From: an uncultured Holophagales bacterium | Lineage (GTDB): Bacteria > Acidobacteriota > Thermoanaerobaculia > Multivoradales > UBA5704 | Reading direction: 5' to 3' | NCBI GenBank assembly: GCA_963842525.1 | Contig: CAWJGT010000025.1 | Location: 160,001-224,000 of the forward strand | DNA: 64,000 nucleotides | Part shown: piece by piece, positions 30,432 through 41,335 of the stretch | How positions within the stretch are numbered: position 1 is the first letter of the stretch | How the letters are laid out: every line of letters begins with the position of its first letter | Program-made: the position numbers and the translations under genes | Notes under the pieces: generated by a model | Databases searched by the model: none | What the model was told of the DNA's origin: nothing | What the model saw: the letters and a program-made list of their open reading frames with translations, nothing else

Positions 30432-32277
30432 CACGGTCGCCCCCGGCCGGCGACGCCGGGTACCAGAAAGAGCGCATCGCCTCGGCCGCACGCACGGCCT
30501 CGGCGATCTCGGTCAGGTCCGCCAAGGCACGCTCACGCTCCGCTTTGATCACTCCAGAAACCGCCGGCAGCTCTCGGAGGATCGCCTGGAGGAGGTGGAG
30601 CGACCACAGGGCGACCGACAGATGGGGAGTCCCTCGCACGCGCTGCTCGGCGACCAGGATACGCCCCAGGCGCCGACGGACCCGCAGTCGCAGCTCGTCC
30701 ATTTCCGGCGAGAGATGGAGGGTCAGGAGATCCAAGGAGCTCCGCATGCCGGGGAACCGGCACACCTCGCGGCGGAAGTAGCCGCGGCTGATGAGGCTCT
30801 CAATGTGGGGAGTCACGCGCAGGTCACCCATCTCGAGCTCCGGCACGAGATTCAGGTAAGCACCGCGTCGCAGGTAGGGGATCACCGTCCGAGCGAGCTC
30901 CCAGGTCGACTCCGGATCGATCGCGGGGACCAGCCAGATCGCGTTGATCCCGGGCTTGAGGCCTGCCTGCAACGCCAGCTCGAGAGCACGGTGGTTCTGT
31001 TCGACCGTGGTCCCCTTGCCCAGGAGATCCAGCGATTCCTGGGAAAAGGACTCCACACCGAACGCCACGATCCGGACTCCCATCTCCCGCAGGAAGGCGG
31101 CCCTCTCCGCGGTCATCCGATCGGTGGTGGTCTTGACGAGGCCCGGCTTGCTGTTCAGACCACGCGCCACGAGCAGACGGCCGATCCGCCGGAAGTTGTC
31201 CGGCGCGAACCATATCTCGTTGTCCTCGAAGTGCAGGCTGTCGCACTCGGAAAAATGAGCGGCGATTTCGGCCACTACGTCCACGGGCACGCGAGGCGCC
31301 AGGGCCTTGGGCGAGCGGCACCAGTAGCAGGGTTTGCCGCACCGCTGGCTGGTGAGCACCCGCCATGGCCGCAGCCCGACCATATCGTAGGGGAGGGCGG
31401 TCGCCGCGCTCGGCCCCAGTACACCGGCCCGGCTCTCGTAGGTGGCGAGCCGCCAGATGCTCGGGAACGGGAGGCGCTTCTCTGGAGCTCGCGGCATAGG
31501 GGACGCCGCCGGGACCGGCCGGCGTTCCGCGCCGGGCCGGAGGAGCCCCGGGACATCCGGAACCGGCCCGCTCCGGCAACTCCTCACAAGCTCTCGCAGC
31601 GGCTCCTCGCCGTCGCCCGCGATCACGGCGTGAATCGGTAGAGCGCGAAACCAAGCCGCTAGGTCCACGGTGCGCAGGTGGGGTCCTCCCAGGACGAGCC
31701 GCGCGCCGGGAGCGCGCTGTCCGATCTCGGCGAGCAAGTGGAGGTCGGGGTCGACGGAATAGACCGCCTGCACAATGAAATCGAAGTGTTCCTCGGCCAA
31801 GACATTCCAGAGGCGCAGCCCCGCCGCGGGAAACTGCCGGATCCTGCGCTTCGGCTCGAGATTGGGATCGTAGACCAGGGCGTCGCAGGCCATGTCGCCG
31901 CGCCGTAGGAGAGCCGCCAGCCGCTCCGTAGGGCCATACGGCCGGACGAACCGCAGGGAGGGTGCGAAGGAGTTGACGAACAGCACACGGACGAACTGCT
32001 CGTGGAGCCTCCCGCCTGCCCGCAGGAACGCGCGCGGAAAGCGGGGGTCGAGAAGGCTCCGCCGCCAGCCGGCTGCCGAGAGGTGTGAAGCCTGGAGCAG
32101 ACCCTCTTTCTGCGGGGTCGCGGAAGTCCAGGCACGAAGGGCGCTGGGGAGACGAGAAAACGGGCGTAGGCGGGCCTCTCCCAGCCGGAGCCCATGACGG
32201 AAGCTGACGATCACCCCGGCACCCTCGCGAGCCAGGAGACCAGGGATTTCGGCCAGGTGCGAGCGGTGGCCGGTCAT
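30415..32277 (-). CDS. B12-binding-domain radical SAM protein
   Basis: PYGPTERLAALL, LVLGGPH, IAGDGEEPL, TSQRCGKPCYWC, FEDNE, FGVESFSQESL.LLGK. Confidence 0.85.
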   Translation of the reverse strand: MTGHRSHLAEIPGLLAREGAGVIVSFRHGLRLGEARLRPFSRLPSALRAWTSATPQKEGLLQASHLSAAGWRRSLLDPRFPRAFLRAGGRLHEQFVRVLFVNSFAPSLRFVRPYGPTERLAALLRRGDMACDALVYDPNLEPKRRIRQFPAAGLRLWNVLAEEHFDFIVQAVYSVDPDLHLLAEIGQRAPGARLVLGGPHLRTVDLAAWFRALPIHAVIAGDGEEPLRELVRSCRSGPVPDVPGLLRPGAERRPVPAASPMPRAPEKRLPFPSIWRLATYESRAGVLGPSAATALPYDMVGLRPWRVLTSQRCGKPCYWCRSPKALAPRVPVDVVAEIAAHFSECDSLHFEDNEIWFAPDNFRRIGRLLVARGLNSKPGLVKTTTDRMTAERAAFLREMGVRIVAFGVESFSQESLDLLGKGTTVEQNHRALELALQAGLKPGINAIWLVPAIDPESTWELARTVIPYLRRGAYLNLVPELEMGDLRVTPHIESLISRGYFRREVCRFPGMRSSLDLLTLHLSPEMDELRLRVRRRLGRILVAEQRVRGTPHLSVALWSLHLLQAILRELPAVSGVIKAERERALADLTEIAEAVRAAEAMRSFWYPASPAGGDRDAASR

Positions 32278-33192
32278 GGATCGATCCGTGGACCGTAGAC
32301 GATCCGAAAGCCATTGCGGTCACCGCATTCGCCGGCCGGCATGTGCCCTCGGAAGAAGCTGAGCATCCGTCCCGGCGCCGACCCGCTTCCCCAGGAGCCG
32401 CCGCGCAGAACCCGATGTTCGGACAGGCCCGGCGCATAGACATCCTGGCACCATTCCCAGACGTTCCCCAGCATGTCGCTGAGCCCCCAGGGATTGCAGC
32501 GGCCATGTCCGGGCCTGGAATGCTCCTCGACCGGCTCCGGCGCCGGCCTGCACGCGAAGCGGCCACACCGGTGCACGGCATGGTCATCGTCAAGCTCATC
32601 CCCCCACCAATAAGCGCTCCGCGAACCCGCGCGGCACGCCAACTCCCATTCCGCCTCGCTCGGCAGTCGAAAGATCCGGTCTTCCCCAGGGCCGGACTGC
32701 TCGCGTTCGCACTCTGTCAGCCAGACGGCAAAGGCAGTCGCGTCGAACCAGGAGAGGCAGGTTGCAGGCCAGCGGCCCCCCTCGTCCACGTGGACCCCGG
32801 GCCTTCGAGGCCAACGCCAACAGGCGCCCGAGACGCGTCCCCATCCATTCCCCTGGAACACCCAGGCGCTCCCTTGCAACTCGGCGGTCGTCCGGTAGGG
32901 AGTTTCCTGGGCTTCACGGGCCCGGACGAAAGCGGCAAACGAGAGCTCGGCTGACGGGCCGGGCCAGCATGTGGAACGGGGCGACGGCGACGGCGCGGAG
33001 GGGCGCATCCACATAGCCCGACTCTGTGGCGCCATAGCGGCGCACTGTCTCCGCAGGCGGGTCCGGGTTCCCCATCGGGAAGAGGATGGGGGCGTCTCCT
33101 TCGGGCGGGATGCGGCACATCCCGGCCAGGGCCCGCAGAGCGGGGTCGTGCTGGAAGGCCGCGGCCACGAGCTGCGTGCTCCCGGCGGCCAT
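32274..33192 (-). CDS. FGE-sulfatase (SUMF1/EgtB/PvdO) domain protein; frameshift at ~32945
   Basis: FPMG...PFHMLARPVS | SWFDATAF, FRLPSEAEWELACRAG, NPWGLSDMLGNVWEWC, RVLRGGSW, GFRIV; TGATG coupling to the radical SAM gene. Confidence 0.85.
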
Positions 33193-34483
33193 CAGAGGAA
33201 CTCCAGATCTCCCGGATGGCCGTACTTCCGCAGCTCGGAGAGAAAGCGGTCGACGACAGCTGTCTCGCTCGCTTCCAGGGGGCCGAGGTCGAGAAGAGGC
33301 TCTATCCGCGTGGTCAGGCGGCGGGCCTTGCAGACTGGAGGCCGCTGGCAGGCGCTGCAGAGGGCGCGGGCGCGCAGAACCGAGGACCAGATCTCGTCGA
33401 GCGTCTGTTCCAGGAGGTTGCCGATCCGATTGGCCGGTTGCCCCTTCCCCTCCGAGCACAGGTAGACGTCCCCGGTGTAGGCAACGCTCGCCATCCATGG
33501 ATGGCCTACACAGTGCGTGGGAGTGGGGGGCACCATCGCCCGCTCTCCCGCGGCCACCACTTCGGCGAAATAGTCCAGAGCGAAGAAGAGGCGGAGGCCG
33601 CTTCCCTCGACCAGGCGCAGGCCGGCTTCCTGGCTCCGCCGTACTTCGCCGAGGATCTCCGCCGGGATCTGGCTGGGGCCTGTGTAGTCCACCACGGGAC
33701 GGAACGCAATGTAGTCGATCCGCCCACCGGCGGCGATGATCTCAAGGGCTCGCCGCACGACCGGGATCAGGTCGCGGTAATTCACCTCGTTGACGACGAT
33801 TCCCAGCCCGAAGCTCGTGGGCGCATCGCCCAGCCGCTCGGCGACGATGCCGATGTTCCGCCAGACGCGGGCCGCGTGACGGGTGTCCTGGAGACCGTGG
33901 AAGCGTGCGTAGATCTCCGGAGTTGCGGCGTTGGCGCTGATGCGCAGGAACTCGGGCGCCGCTGCAAGCAGCCGGTCGACGAGAGGCTCGGTCAAGGGGC
34001 TGCCATTGGTGAAGAGCCCTGCGCGGAGTCCGAGCCGGCGTGCTATCTGGAGCCCATCAGGGGTGTGAGGATTGAGCAAGGGCTCGCCGCCGCCTGTGAA
34101 GATCACTCCCTTGACGCCCCCTTCGGCCATCCGCTGGAGGATGAGTTCCATGTCCTCCCTTGCCATGAACCGGTGCCCGGCGTTCTCCGCGGTGCTCTTC
34201 TCCCAATCCCCGTAGGTGCAGAACGGGCAGGCGTAGTTGCAGTCGAGGGTCGCGTCGAGTTCCATGGTGACAGGCCGCGCGTCGAAAGGTCGGCCCTGGA
34301 GAACGTGGGCGAGGTTCTCCGCATGCCAGAGCAGCTTGATTTCGTGCTGGACATCGAGGGGACGTCCGGGATCCCCATGGCCGCCAGGAGATCGATGGCG
34401 CTCCGTGCTCGCGGCAGGTCCGCGGTATCGGCCAACGCCTGCCGCAAGGCGTGTTCGAGGGCACTTCCGGGGGAGTCGTTCAT
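33192..34483 (-). CDS. Radical SAM protein with SPASM/twitch domain; probable frameshift at ~34360
   Basis: ELDATLDCNYACPFC, FTGGGEPL, FTNG, CVGHP..V.YTGDVYLC..IGNLLEQTLDEIW..C..C...CK. Confidence 0.85.
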
Positions 34484-34504
34484 ATGATCGGCATGTCTTC
34501 TCAG

Positions 34505-36081
34505 AGGCTGTGAAGGAATCGCGGGTCCGAGATTTGAAGGCGGAGGGCGGTAACAAGGCACATAATAGATGTGAGGATCCTAAAGCGTGCGCGGTCAGGG
34601 GCCACATCGTATCCGACGCGAGCTAAGGCAGCGACAAGCGGTCGAAAACAGACTTGGACAGGGGAATTACCCTCCTTTTCGCCGCGAGGCCCTGACCTTT
34701 ATGCCGATGCGACGCAGCCCGCGCCCAGCGAGAGGGTGCGCATCAGGTTGTGGGCAATGGCGAACCAAAGCAGCACCGCTCGGGCCTTGTGCAGGCCTCG
34801 CACTAACAGACGTTGCAGCCCGCGGTTGCGAGCCAGAGCGTTGACACATTCCACGCTCGACGCCCGCTGCTTGTAGATCTCTTTGGCCTCCGGTGTGCCC
34901 ATGCGTTGGCGCCACTGCGCGATTGCCGGTGAATGGGTCGACAGAGGCACATACGGATCGCGCGTCTTGTCCTTCGGCTTGGCGACCGGCGCATAGACCG
35001 TGGTGCCCAACTCGCTGGCCTTCTCGATATCTTTCAAACCGGCAAAACCACCATCGACCAAGCTCTCTGGCGGAATCACTTCATAGCGCTCTTCCAGTTG
35101 CTCCAGCATCGGCACCAACTGACCCTGATCGCTGCCGCTGTTGCTGACATCCACTCCCACCACGATCTGCGTCTCGGCGTCGACCGAAAACTGACCGTTG
35201 TACGCTGGACGAAATCCTCCATCCCCCATCTTCATCACCCGTGCCTCGGCATCCGTCGTCGACACCCGCGCCTGGTCTCTCTTCTCCGCTGGCTTCTCGG
35301 CCGCAACCTCTGCCATCTGCGCCAACGCCGCCTTGACCCGATGCTGGCGGTCCTCCGCCGCGCGCTGCCGGGCTGCCGTCTGACGACGATTCGTCGCCTC
35401 CGGGTCTTTCTTCAAGCTCCTCGCGCAGGCGTTCAACCTGCTCCTGTGCCTCTTGTAGACAGCGCTCCAGACTCGATTGACGCCGAAACGAGGCCGCACG
35501 GCACTGGCACGCACACGGATGCCGTCCTGCGACACACGGTTCAGTGTCACCAGCTTCTGCTCCATCAACACCGCCACGCTCTGCGTCAGCACCTGATCGA
35601 GAAATTCCTCGTGCTGCACCCGAAAGTCCGACAAAGAGTGGTGGTTCACCCGATACACCCCCCAAGATCCACCGATACGCATCGTGTTGAAGCGTCAGAC
35701 GCTCCAGGGCTCGCGCGCTGCCCACGCCCTCAATCGTGGCGTACAACCATAAGGCCATGTAGATCCGCGGGTCGATGGCTGGACGGCCCGCACCCCCCTC
35801 CACCGATTGCACCTCCGCGTACAGAGGGCTCAGATCCAGGGACTCCACGAACTCCCAGACGGCACGCGCAACGTGATCCGGCGGCAGAAGACTTTCCAGG
35901 TCCACGGGGCGCAGTTCCATCTGCGACCGGTTAGGAACCACCAAACGAGGAACCCCTTTCGCTTTGGCGGGCTCAGCACTCACTTCCGGCGCAGGGATAG
36001 GGAACAGAGTGTCGCTCATGCAGTAAGTATCTCATGGATACGCTCCGCTACGAACCGCTTACCGGGATTTTTTCACAGGCT
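34505..36081 (-). mobile_element. IS1182-family insertion sequence
   Basis: Imperfect terminal IRs AGGCTGTGAAGGAATC / AGCCTGTGAAAAAATC; CTCAG direct repeat at 34500-34504 and 36082-36086. Confidence 0.8.
34699..36019 (-). CDS. IS1182 transposase (DUF772 + DDE), about three frameshifts
   Basis: LLPPDHVARAVW, GRPAIDP, SARALE, HHSLSDFR, SQDG.RVRASA, STTDAEARVMK, PAYN.Q, LVDGGF, YKQRA..VE. Confidence 0.85.
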
Positions 36082-36399
36082 CTCAGGCCTGCTGGACCCA
36101 TCACCCACTGCCTGTGGTTTCCTGCCAGGGTAGTACAGTCCAAAAGGATGGTCCAATACAGAAATGCACCTCTGGAGGTGTGGCGATCTGTTGAAGGCGG
36201 TTCCTCGCCCGAAAATCGCGGGACGAATACGGACGAAACACGGACGAACAGGGACGGGACACGGACGCAGAGCCGAGTGACCAAAAACGTGATTCTGGGC
36301 ACCAGACTGCCCAGTAGGACAGCTCGGCGGAAATGACTGTCCTGCAAGGATTTGCAGGCGAGAAAGCGTCGTGGAGCCCCCCTCGCGCTGCCAAAACAG

Positions 36400-37015
36400 C
36401 CGAAAACGAAACCAGTTTCGTTTTTTGCGACGCGGAAAAGCCTGCTGGGATTGGTTTTTTTTCGATTTTGACGGATCAAAAAGATGGTTCAAACTGGTGT
36501 AGAAAGGCAACCGCAGGAAGGTAGTTAAAACCAGTGGTCTGGAGGGGGTTGGGAGGGACGCCGCGGCTGGCGCGGGACGGGCCACCTGAGCGGAGGGAGA
36601 GACACGGACGAACACGGACGGACACTCCCCCGCCCGGACCCTCACCCCGACCCTCTCCCACCCGCACTCCCTTCCTTCCGGGAGAGGGCGCCCCCAACCA
36701 AAAAGCCGGACTGACCAAAACTTACGTTCTGATCAGTAGTTTTCCACACCGGACGGCGTCGCGGAAATGCCCGTCCGGCTTGAGTTTGCTCGCGCTGAAC
36801 CGTCATCCAGACCCCCCCGCGGCCGTCTCTACCACGGAAAACGAAACTGAGTTTCGTTTTTTGCGGCGCGGAAAAGCCCGCCGGGATTGGATTTTCGCGA
36901 TTTTGAGGGGGCGAAAAAGGCGGTTCAAACCCCTGTAGAAAGGCAACCGTAGGAAGGTAGTTAAAACCAGTGGTCGGAGGGGGGCGGGAGGGGGGCGCCG
37001 CGGCTGGCGCGGACG
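36400..37015. repeat. ~175-bp degenerate direct repeat (36400-36578 and 36836-37015)
   Basis: Shared core TGTAGAAAGGCAACCG(C/T)AGGAAGGTAGTTAAAACCAGTGGTC. Confidence 0.85.
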
Positions 37016-37419
37016 AGCACGAGACGCCGCCAGGCGGCTCGCGCGCAGCGCGCCAAGACGCGGCGCGGGGGTGGGGGGCCGGGTGGGCGGGCCGAGGCCC
37101 TTGCAGGGGCCGGAGGGGGACGGGCGGGGCGGGGTGGTCGAATAAACCCGGCAGGTTGGCGGAGCGCTTCGAAGGCATGGCTCCATGGACCTGTGGAGCC
37201 AAGCTGGCGGACCTTGTTGCGGGGGGAGGCCCGGGTAGGTGCCCGCCCCTGGTTAACATAGTGCAGTCCATTATGTAAAGGCGAAGCCCGTAGGCGGGGA
37301 GTGGGCGCAGGGCGAGGGTCGGATAAAGTCGTTCATTTATCGGACCCTCGCCCGGCGGGAGGGGGAGCCGCCCCCGCCGGAGCCAGGGGCGGGCAGCTCC
37401 CGGGCCGGAGGGCGGGGGA

Positions 37420-39155
37420 AATCAAAATGGGGTGGGCGGCCGTGGATTGGGTGGGCGCACCGGCGGATCGACGGCTGGCTTTCCACGACCACAGTCTCCG
37501 GGGCGGCCACCCGGCCTTGTTGAAACACGGCTGCCATCACCACGAAAAATACGCCGGAGAGAGGGCGGTGGGACGCTGCTATCACGGCGGCGGTGCCCGG
37601 CGCGCGGGGTGGCGGGCTTTTGCGCGAGCGCCTTGTGGGGGCGCGCCCTCGCGGCAGCACCGGGGACGCGGATGGGCGGCGGGAGGTTGCCAACGTCACG
37701 GCTGGATGGACCTCGCGCGGGTGGCGGGACGCTGCCATCGCCGCGGCGGCTGCCCGGCGCGCGGGGTGGTGGGTTTTGCGCCAGCGCCTTTGTGGGGGCG
37801 CGCCTTCGCGGCAGCTCCGCATGGAGACGTTTGCCCTTCTCCACCTTCGGATGGAGCTCGAGGGGTGGGAGCAGGTTGCGGAGCGTCAGCGGAGTCAGCT
37901 GCGTGGGCGGGGGAAAATCGAATGGGCGGGTGGCCGGTAGATTGGGTGGGCGCGCCGGAGGACCGGAGGACGGCTTTTCACGGCCGCAGGCTCTGGGGCG
38001 GCCACCCGGCCTTGTGGGCTGAGGCCCCTTGAGGGACCGGAGGTGGATGGGCGGGGCGGGGTGATCGAATAAACCCGGCAGGTTGGCGTAGCGGTCTTCG
38101 AAGGCATGGCCTTCAGCGGCCAGCGGAGCCAATCTGCCGGACCTTGCTTGATGGGTGGAGCGGGTCGCGCACTGTGCTCGTGAGTGGGTGGCCTGGGTGG
38201 TGGTCACGTGCACTGTGCCGATCCCGCGCGCGGGGGAAATCAAGATGGGTGGGCGGCCGGGAGATCGGGTGGGCGCGCCGGAGGACAGGAGGACGGCTGT
38301 TCACGGCCGCGGGCTCTGGCGCGGCCACTCGGCCTTATTTCATACACGGCTGCCATCACCACGGCAGGATGGACCTCGAGCGGGTGGGAGCAGGTTGCGG
38401 AGCGCCAGCGGAGTCAAGCTGCGAGGCGGGAGATCGAGATGGACTCGGCAGGTTGGCGTAGCTTGCGAAGCCAATCTGCCGGACCTTGCTTGATGGGTGG
38501 AGCGGGTCGCGCACTGTGCTCGTGAGTGGGCGGCTTGGGTGGTGGTCACGTGCACTGTGCCGATCCCGCGCGCGGGGGAGATCAAAATGGGTGGGCGGCC
38601 GGGGAATTGGGTGGGCGCGCCGGAGGACCGGAGGCCGGTTGTTCACGGCCGCAGGCTCAGGGGCGGCCACCCGGCCTCGGGCGGGGGTGGTTCGCCGACC
38701 CGGAGCTGCTCTGTCGGGGCAAGACGGCTCGCAGGCCCTCCTCATCAAATGGGCGGGCGGCCGGGGAATTGGGTGGGCGCGCCGGAGGACCGGAGGACGG
38801 CTTTTCACGGCCGTAGGCTTCGGGGCGGCCACCCGGCCTTGCATGATGGAGGCTCCGACTGCGAAGAGGCTGAGCGCAGAGAGGCTGGGAGCAGTTCGGC
38901 GGAGCGCTCCGCGCGGAGCCGATCTGCGGGCGGAAGCTGCGGGGACCACGGTCGCTGAGCCGACAGAGGAGCGGAGGGTCGGCGAACCGGATGGGCGGGC
39001 GGGGTTCGCCGACCCGGAGCTGCTCTGTCGGGGCAAGACAGCTCGCAGGCCCTCCTCATCAAATGGGTTGACGGCCGGGGAATTGGGTGGGGGCGCCGGA
39101 GGACCGGAGGCCGGCTGTTCACGGCCGCAGGCTTCGGGGCGGCCACCCGGCCTTT
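37420..39155. repeat. Six dispersed copies of a ~97-bp GC-rich unit, interleaved with other repeated modules
   Basis: ATC.AATGGG...TGGGTGGGCGCGCCGGAGGACCGGAGG.CGGCT.TTCACGGCCG.AGGCT..GGGGCGGCCACCCGGCCT at ~37421, 37917, 38239, 38581, 38744 and 39058. Confidence 0.85.
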
Positions 39156-39404
39156 TCAAAAGACGGCCGCCGTCACCGCCCGCGGATGGATCTCGCGCGG
39201 GTGGTTGGGCGCTGCCGTCCCCGCCTGGCTGCTTGGCGCGCGGGGCGGCGGCGTTTGTGTCAACGATCAGGTGGGGGCGCGCCTTTCACGGGAGTTCCGG
39301 GGACGCGGGTGGGTGGCGGGGACGTTGCCGTCGCCGCGGCGGGATGGACCTCGCTCGGGTGGTCGGATGGCGCCGCCGTCCCGGCCTGGGCTGCGGGAGC
39401 CGGA

Positions 39405-41335
39405 TAACGTTTCCGGAAACGAAACCGGGCGGCTGCCGTCGCCGCGGGAGTTGGCCGGCGAGAGGTGGGCGGGCGGCGTGGTCATCGCCGCGGCGGCTGC
39501 CTGGCGCGCGGGGCGGTGGCGTGTGCGTCAGCGGGCTGGTGGTGGTGGGGCGCCTTCGCGATCGGCTCAGGGACGCCGTTGGGTGGGGGTGTAGGCCCCA
39601 CGGTGCCCGGGAGCTCGCGAGGGGGCGTTGCATCCAGCACAGACCGGGCGGTGGGAGCCTCATGGAATTTGCATAGATGTTTGGCTATATTAAAGAAATT
39701 GCAGAACCGCCCAGGCCGCGCCCAGGCCTGCGTGCGGGCCTGCGTAGCCGCGTGCGGACTTGTGTGCAGACCCGCGTGCGGCTTGCGCGGCAAATTCTGC
39801 GGCCCCCCCTCCGCCCCCTTCGGTTCAGCTCTCTGGCGGATGGAAATTTCAGAAGAGCGGAACGAAGCTCCAGAGAGTCTCGGAGTGACGAGCTAAAATT
39901 CTCTGGACGAGGGGGTCACGATCGAATGTCGTTCTCGTGGCGCTATTCCTGGATGGGGGGTGAAATCCACATGCGGACAAAAACCCGACGAGATGTTGAG
40001 GCGCTCTGGACTGTCGAGGACGTAGCCGAGTACCTTGCAGTGCCGATCGAGGCCGTACACGAGATGATCGCCAAGAGGAGCATCCCGCACCTCACGATCT
40101 GCGAGCATCTGCGTTTCCGGAAGTCGGACATCGACCGCTGGCTCGATCTCCTGGCTGTGCCGTGCCTGGACCAAGCTCCACGGCCAGTCGTTCCTCCGTT
40201 GGAGCTCCCCGCAGCGCGCGTGCGTCATCGGGAACGGGATTGTCCCCCGGAAGCTCCCCTGCTCATTCCGCAGCCAACATCCCAGATCTCGGTTCCCTCG
40301 GCTCGGCTATTGCCGCCGACGAATCTCCCTGCCGTACCCGCTTCGCTTGGCCGTAAGGGACCCGAGTATCTCTACCTCCAGGAACTTGTGAAGCGGATGG
40401 GTGAGGCTCATGGCTTCCGGGTCACAATCGAGCAGCAGATCTTGGATGGCCATGGAAGCGTGGACGTTGTCATGGAACGGGAAGGTTGGCGGCTTGGGTG
40501 CGAGATCCTGGTGACTTCAACCGCCGGCCAGGAAGTCGGAAACGTACAAAAGTGTCTCGCCGCCGGCTTCGATGCAGTTGCAGTCGTCTCGCCTGACAAG
40601 CGGCAGATCAAGAAGCTCAGAAGTGCGTTTGCCAAAGGGCTCACACAGGGAGAGCTTGCTCGCGTAAGGCTCCTTGCTCCAGAGGAGCTGTCTGCCTACT
40701 TCGAGGAACTGTCGGCTCCTACCGAGAAGGTAGTAGAAAAAACCATCCACGGATATAAGGTGAAGGTCCGCTACACACGCACTGATCCCGAAGATGAAGC
40801 ACGACGCGTGCGAGCGATAGCCGAGGTCATTGGTCGGAGCCTATTGAGGATGAGGAAGGAGAGCGGTTCGTGACCCCTGTAACCCTTCCGGAAGCGAAAC
40901 CGGGGGCTGCATCGCCGGCCTGGAGCTGGGCGGCGAGAGGTGGTCGGGTGGCGTGGTCATCGCTTCGGGAGCTGCCCGGCGCGGGGTGGTGCATCGGCGA
41001 GCTGGTGGGGCGCGCGGGATCGCGTCCAGCGTAAACGGGGGCGCCGGAGGGTCTCATGTGTTGTATGTATTATTGGCTATATTAAAAAGAATTAGCAGGC
41101 CCACCTAGGCCGCGCTCCGGCTGCGTGCGGGCCTGCGTGGCCGCGTACGGACTTGCGTGCAGACCTGCGTGTGGCTCCCCAGAGCCGCCTGCGGACTTAC
41201 GTGCGGCTTGCGCGGCAAATTCTGCGGCCCCCCACCCCCCTCCGCTCCCTTCGGTTCAGCTCTCTCGCGGATGGGAATTTCAGAAGAGCGGAACGAAACT
41301 CCAGGAAGTCTCGGAGCGACGATCTAAAATGTTCT
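39405..41335. repeat. ~450-500-bp degenerate direct repeats (39405-39900, 40880-41335) flanking the HTH gene
   Basis: Shared TTGGCTATATTAAA, GGCTTGCGCGGCAAATTCTGCGGCCCCCC, TTCGGTTCAGCTCTCT and ATTTCAGAAGAGCGGAACGAA. Confidence 0.85.
39971..40873 (+). CDS. Excisionase-type HTH (HTH_17) fused to a PD-(D/E)XK-like domain
   Basis: LWTVEDVAEYLAV...IPH...LRFRKSDIDRWL; Pro-rich linker; GFRVTIE..GSVDVVMERE.WRLGCEI..TS...EVGNVQKCLAAG. Confidence 0.7.
   Translation: MRTKTRRDVEALWTVEDVAEYLAVPIEAVHEMIAKRSIPHLTICEHLRFRKSDIDRWLDLLAVPCLDQAPRPVVPPLELPAARVRHRERDCPPEAPLLIPQPTSQISVPSARLLPPTNLPAVPASLGRKGPEYLYLQELVKRMGEAHGFRVTIEQQILDGHGSVDVVMEREGWRLGCEILVTSTAGQEVGNVQKCLAAGFDAVAVVSPDKRQIKKLRSAFAKGLTQGELARVRLLAPEELSAYFEELSAPTEKVVEKTIHGYKVKVRYTRTDPEDEARRVRAIAEVIGRSLLRMRKESGS

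Noticed and set aside
37420-39155. CRISPR array or protein-coding ORFs
   Set aside because: Repeats are ~97 bp and degenerate, linkers are themselves repeated, and the ORFs are low-complexity Gly/Arg/Pro products.
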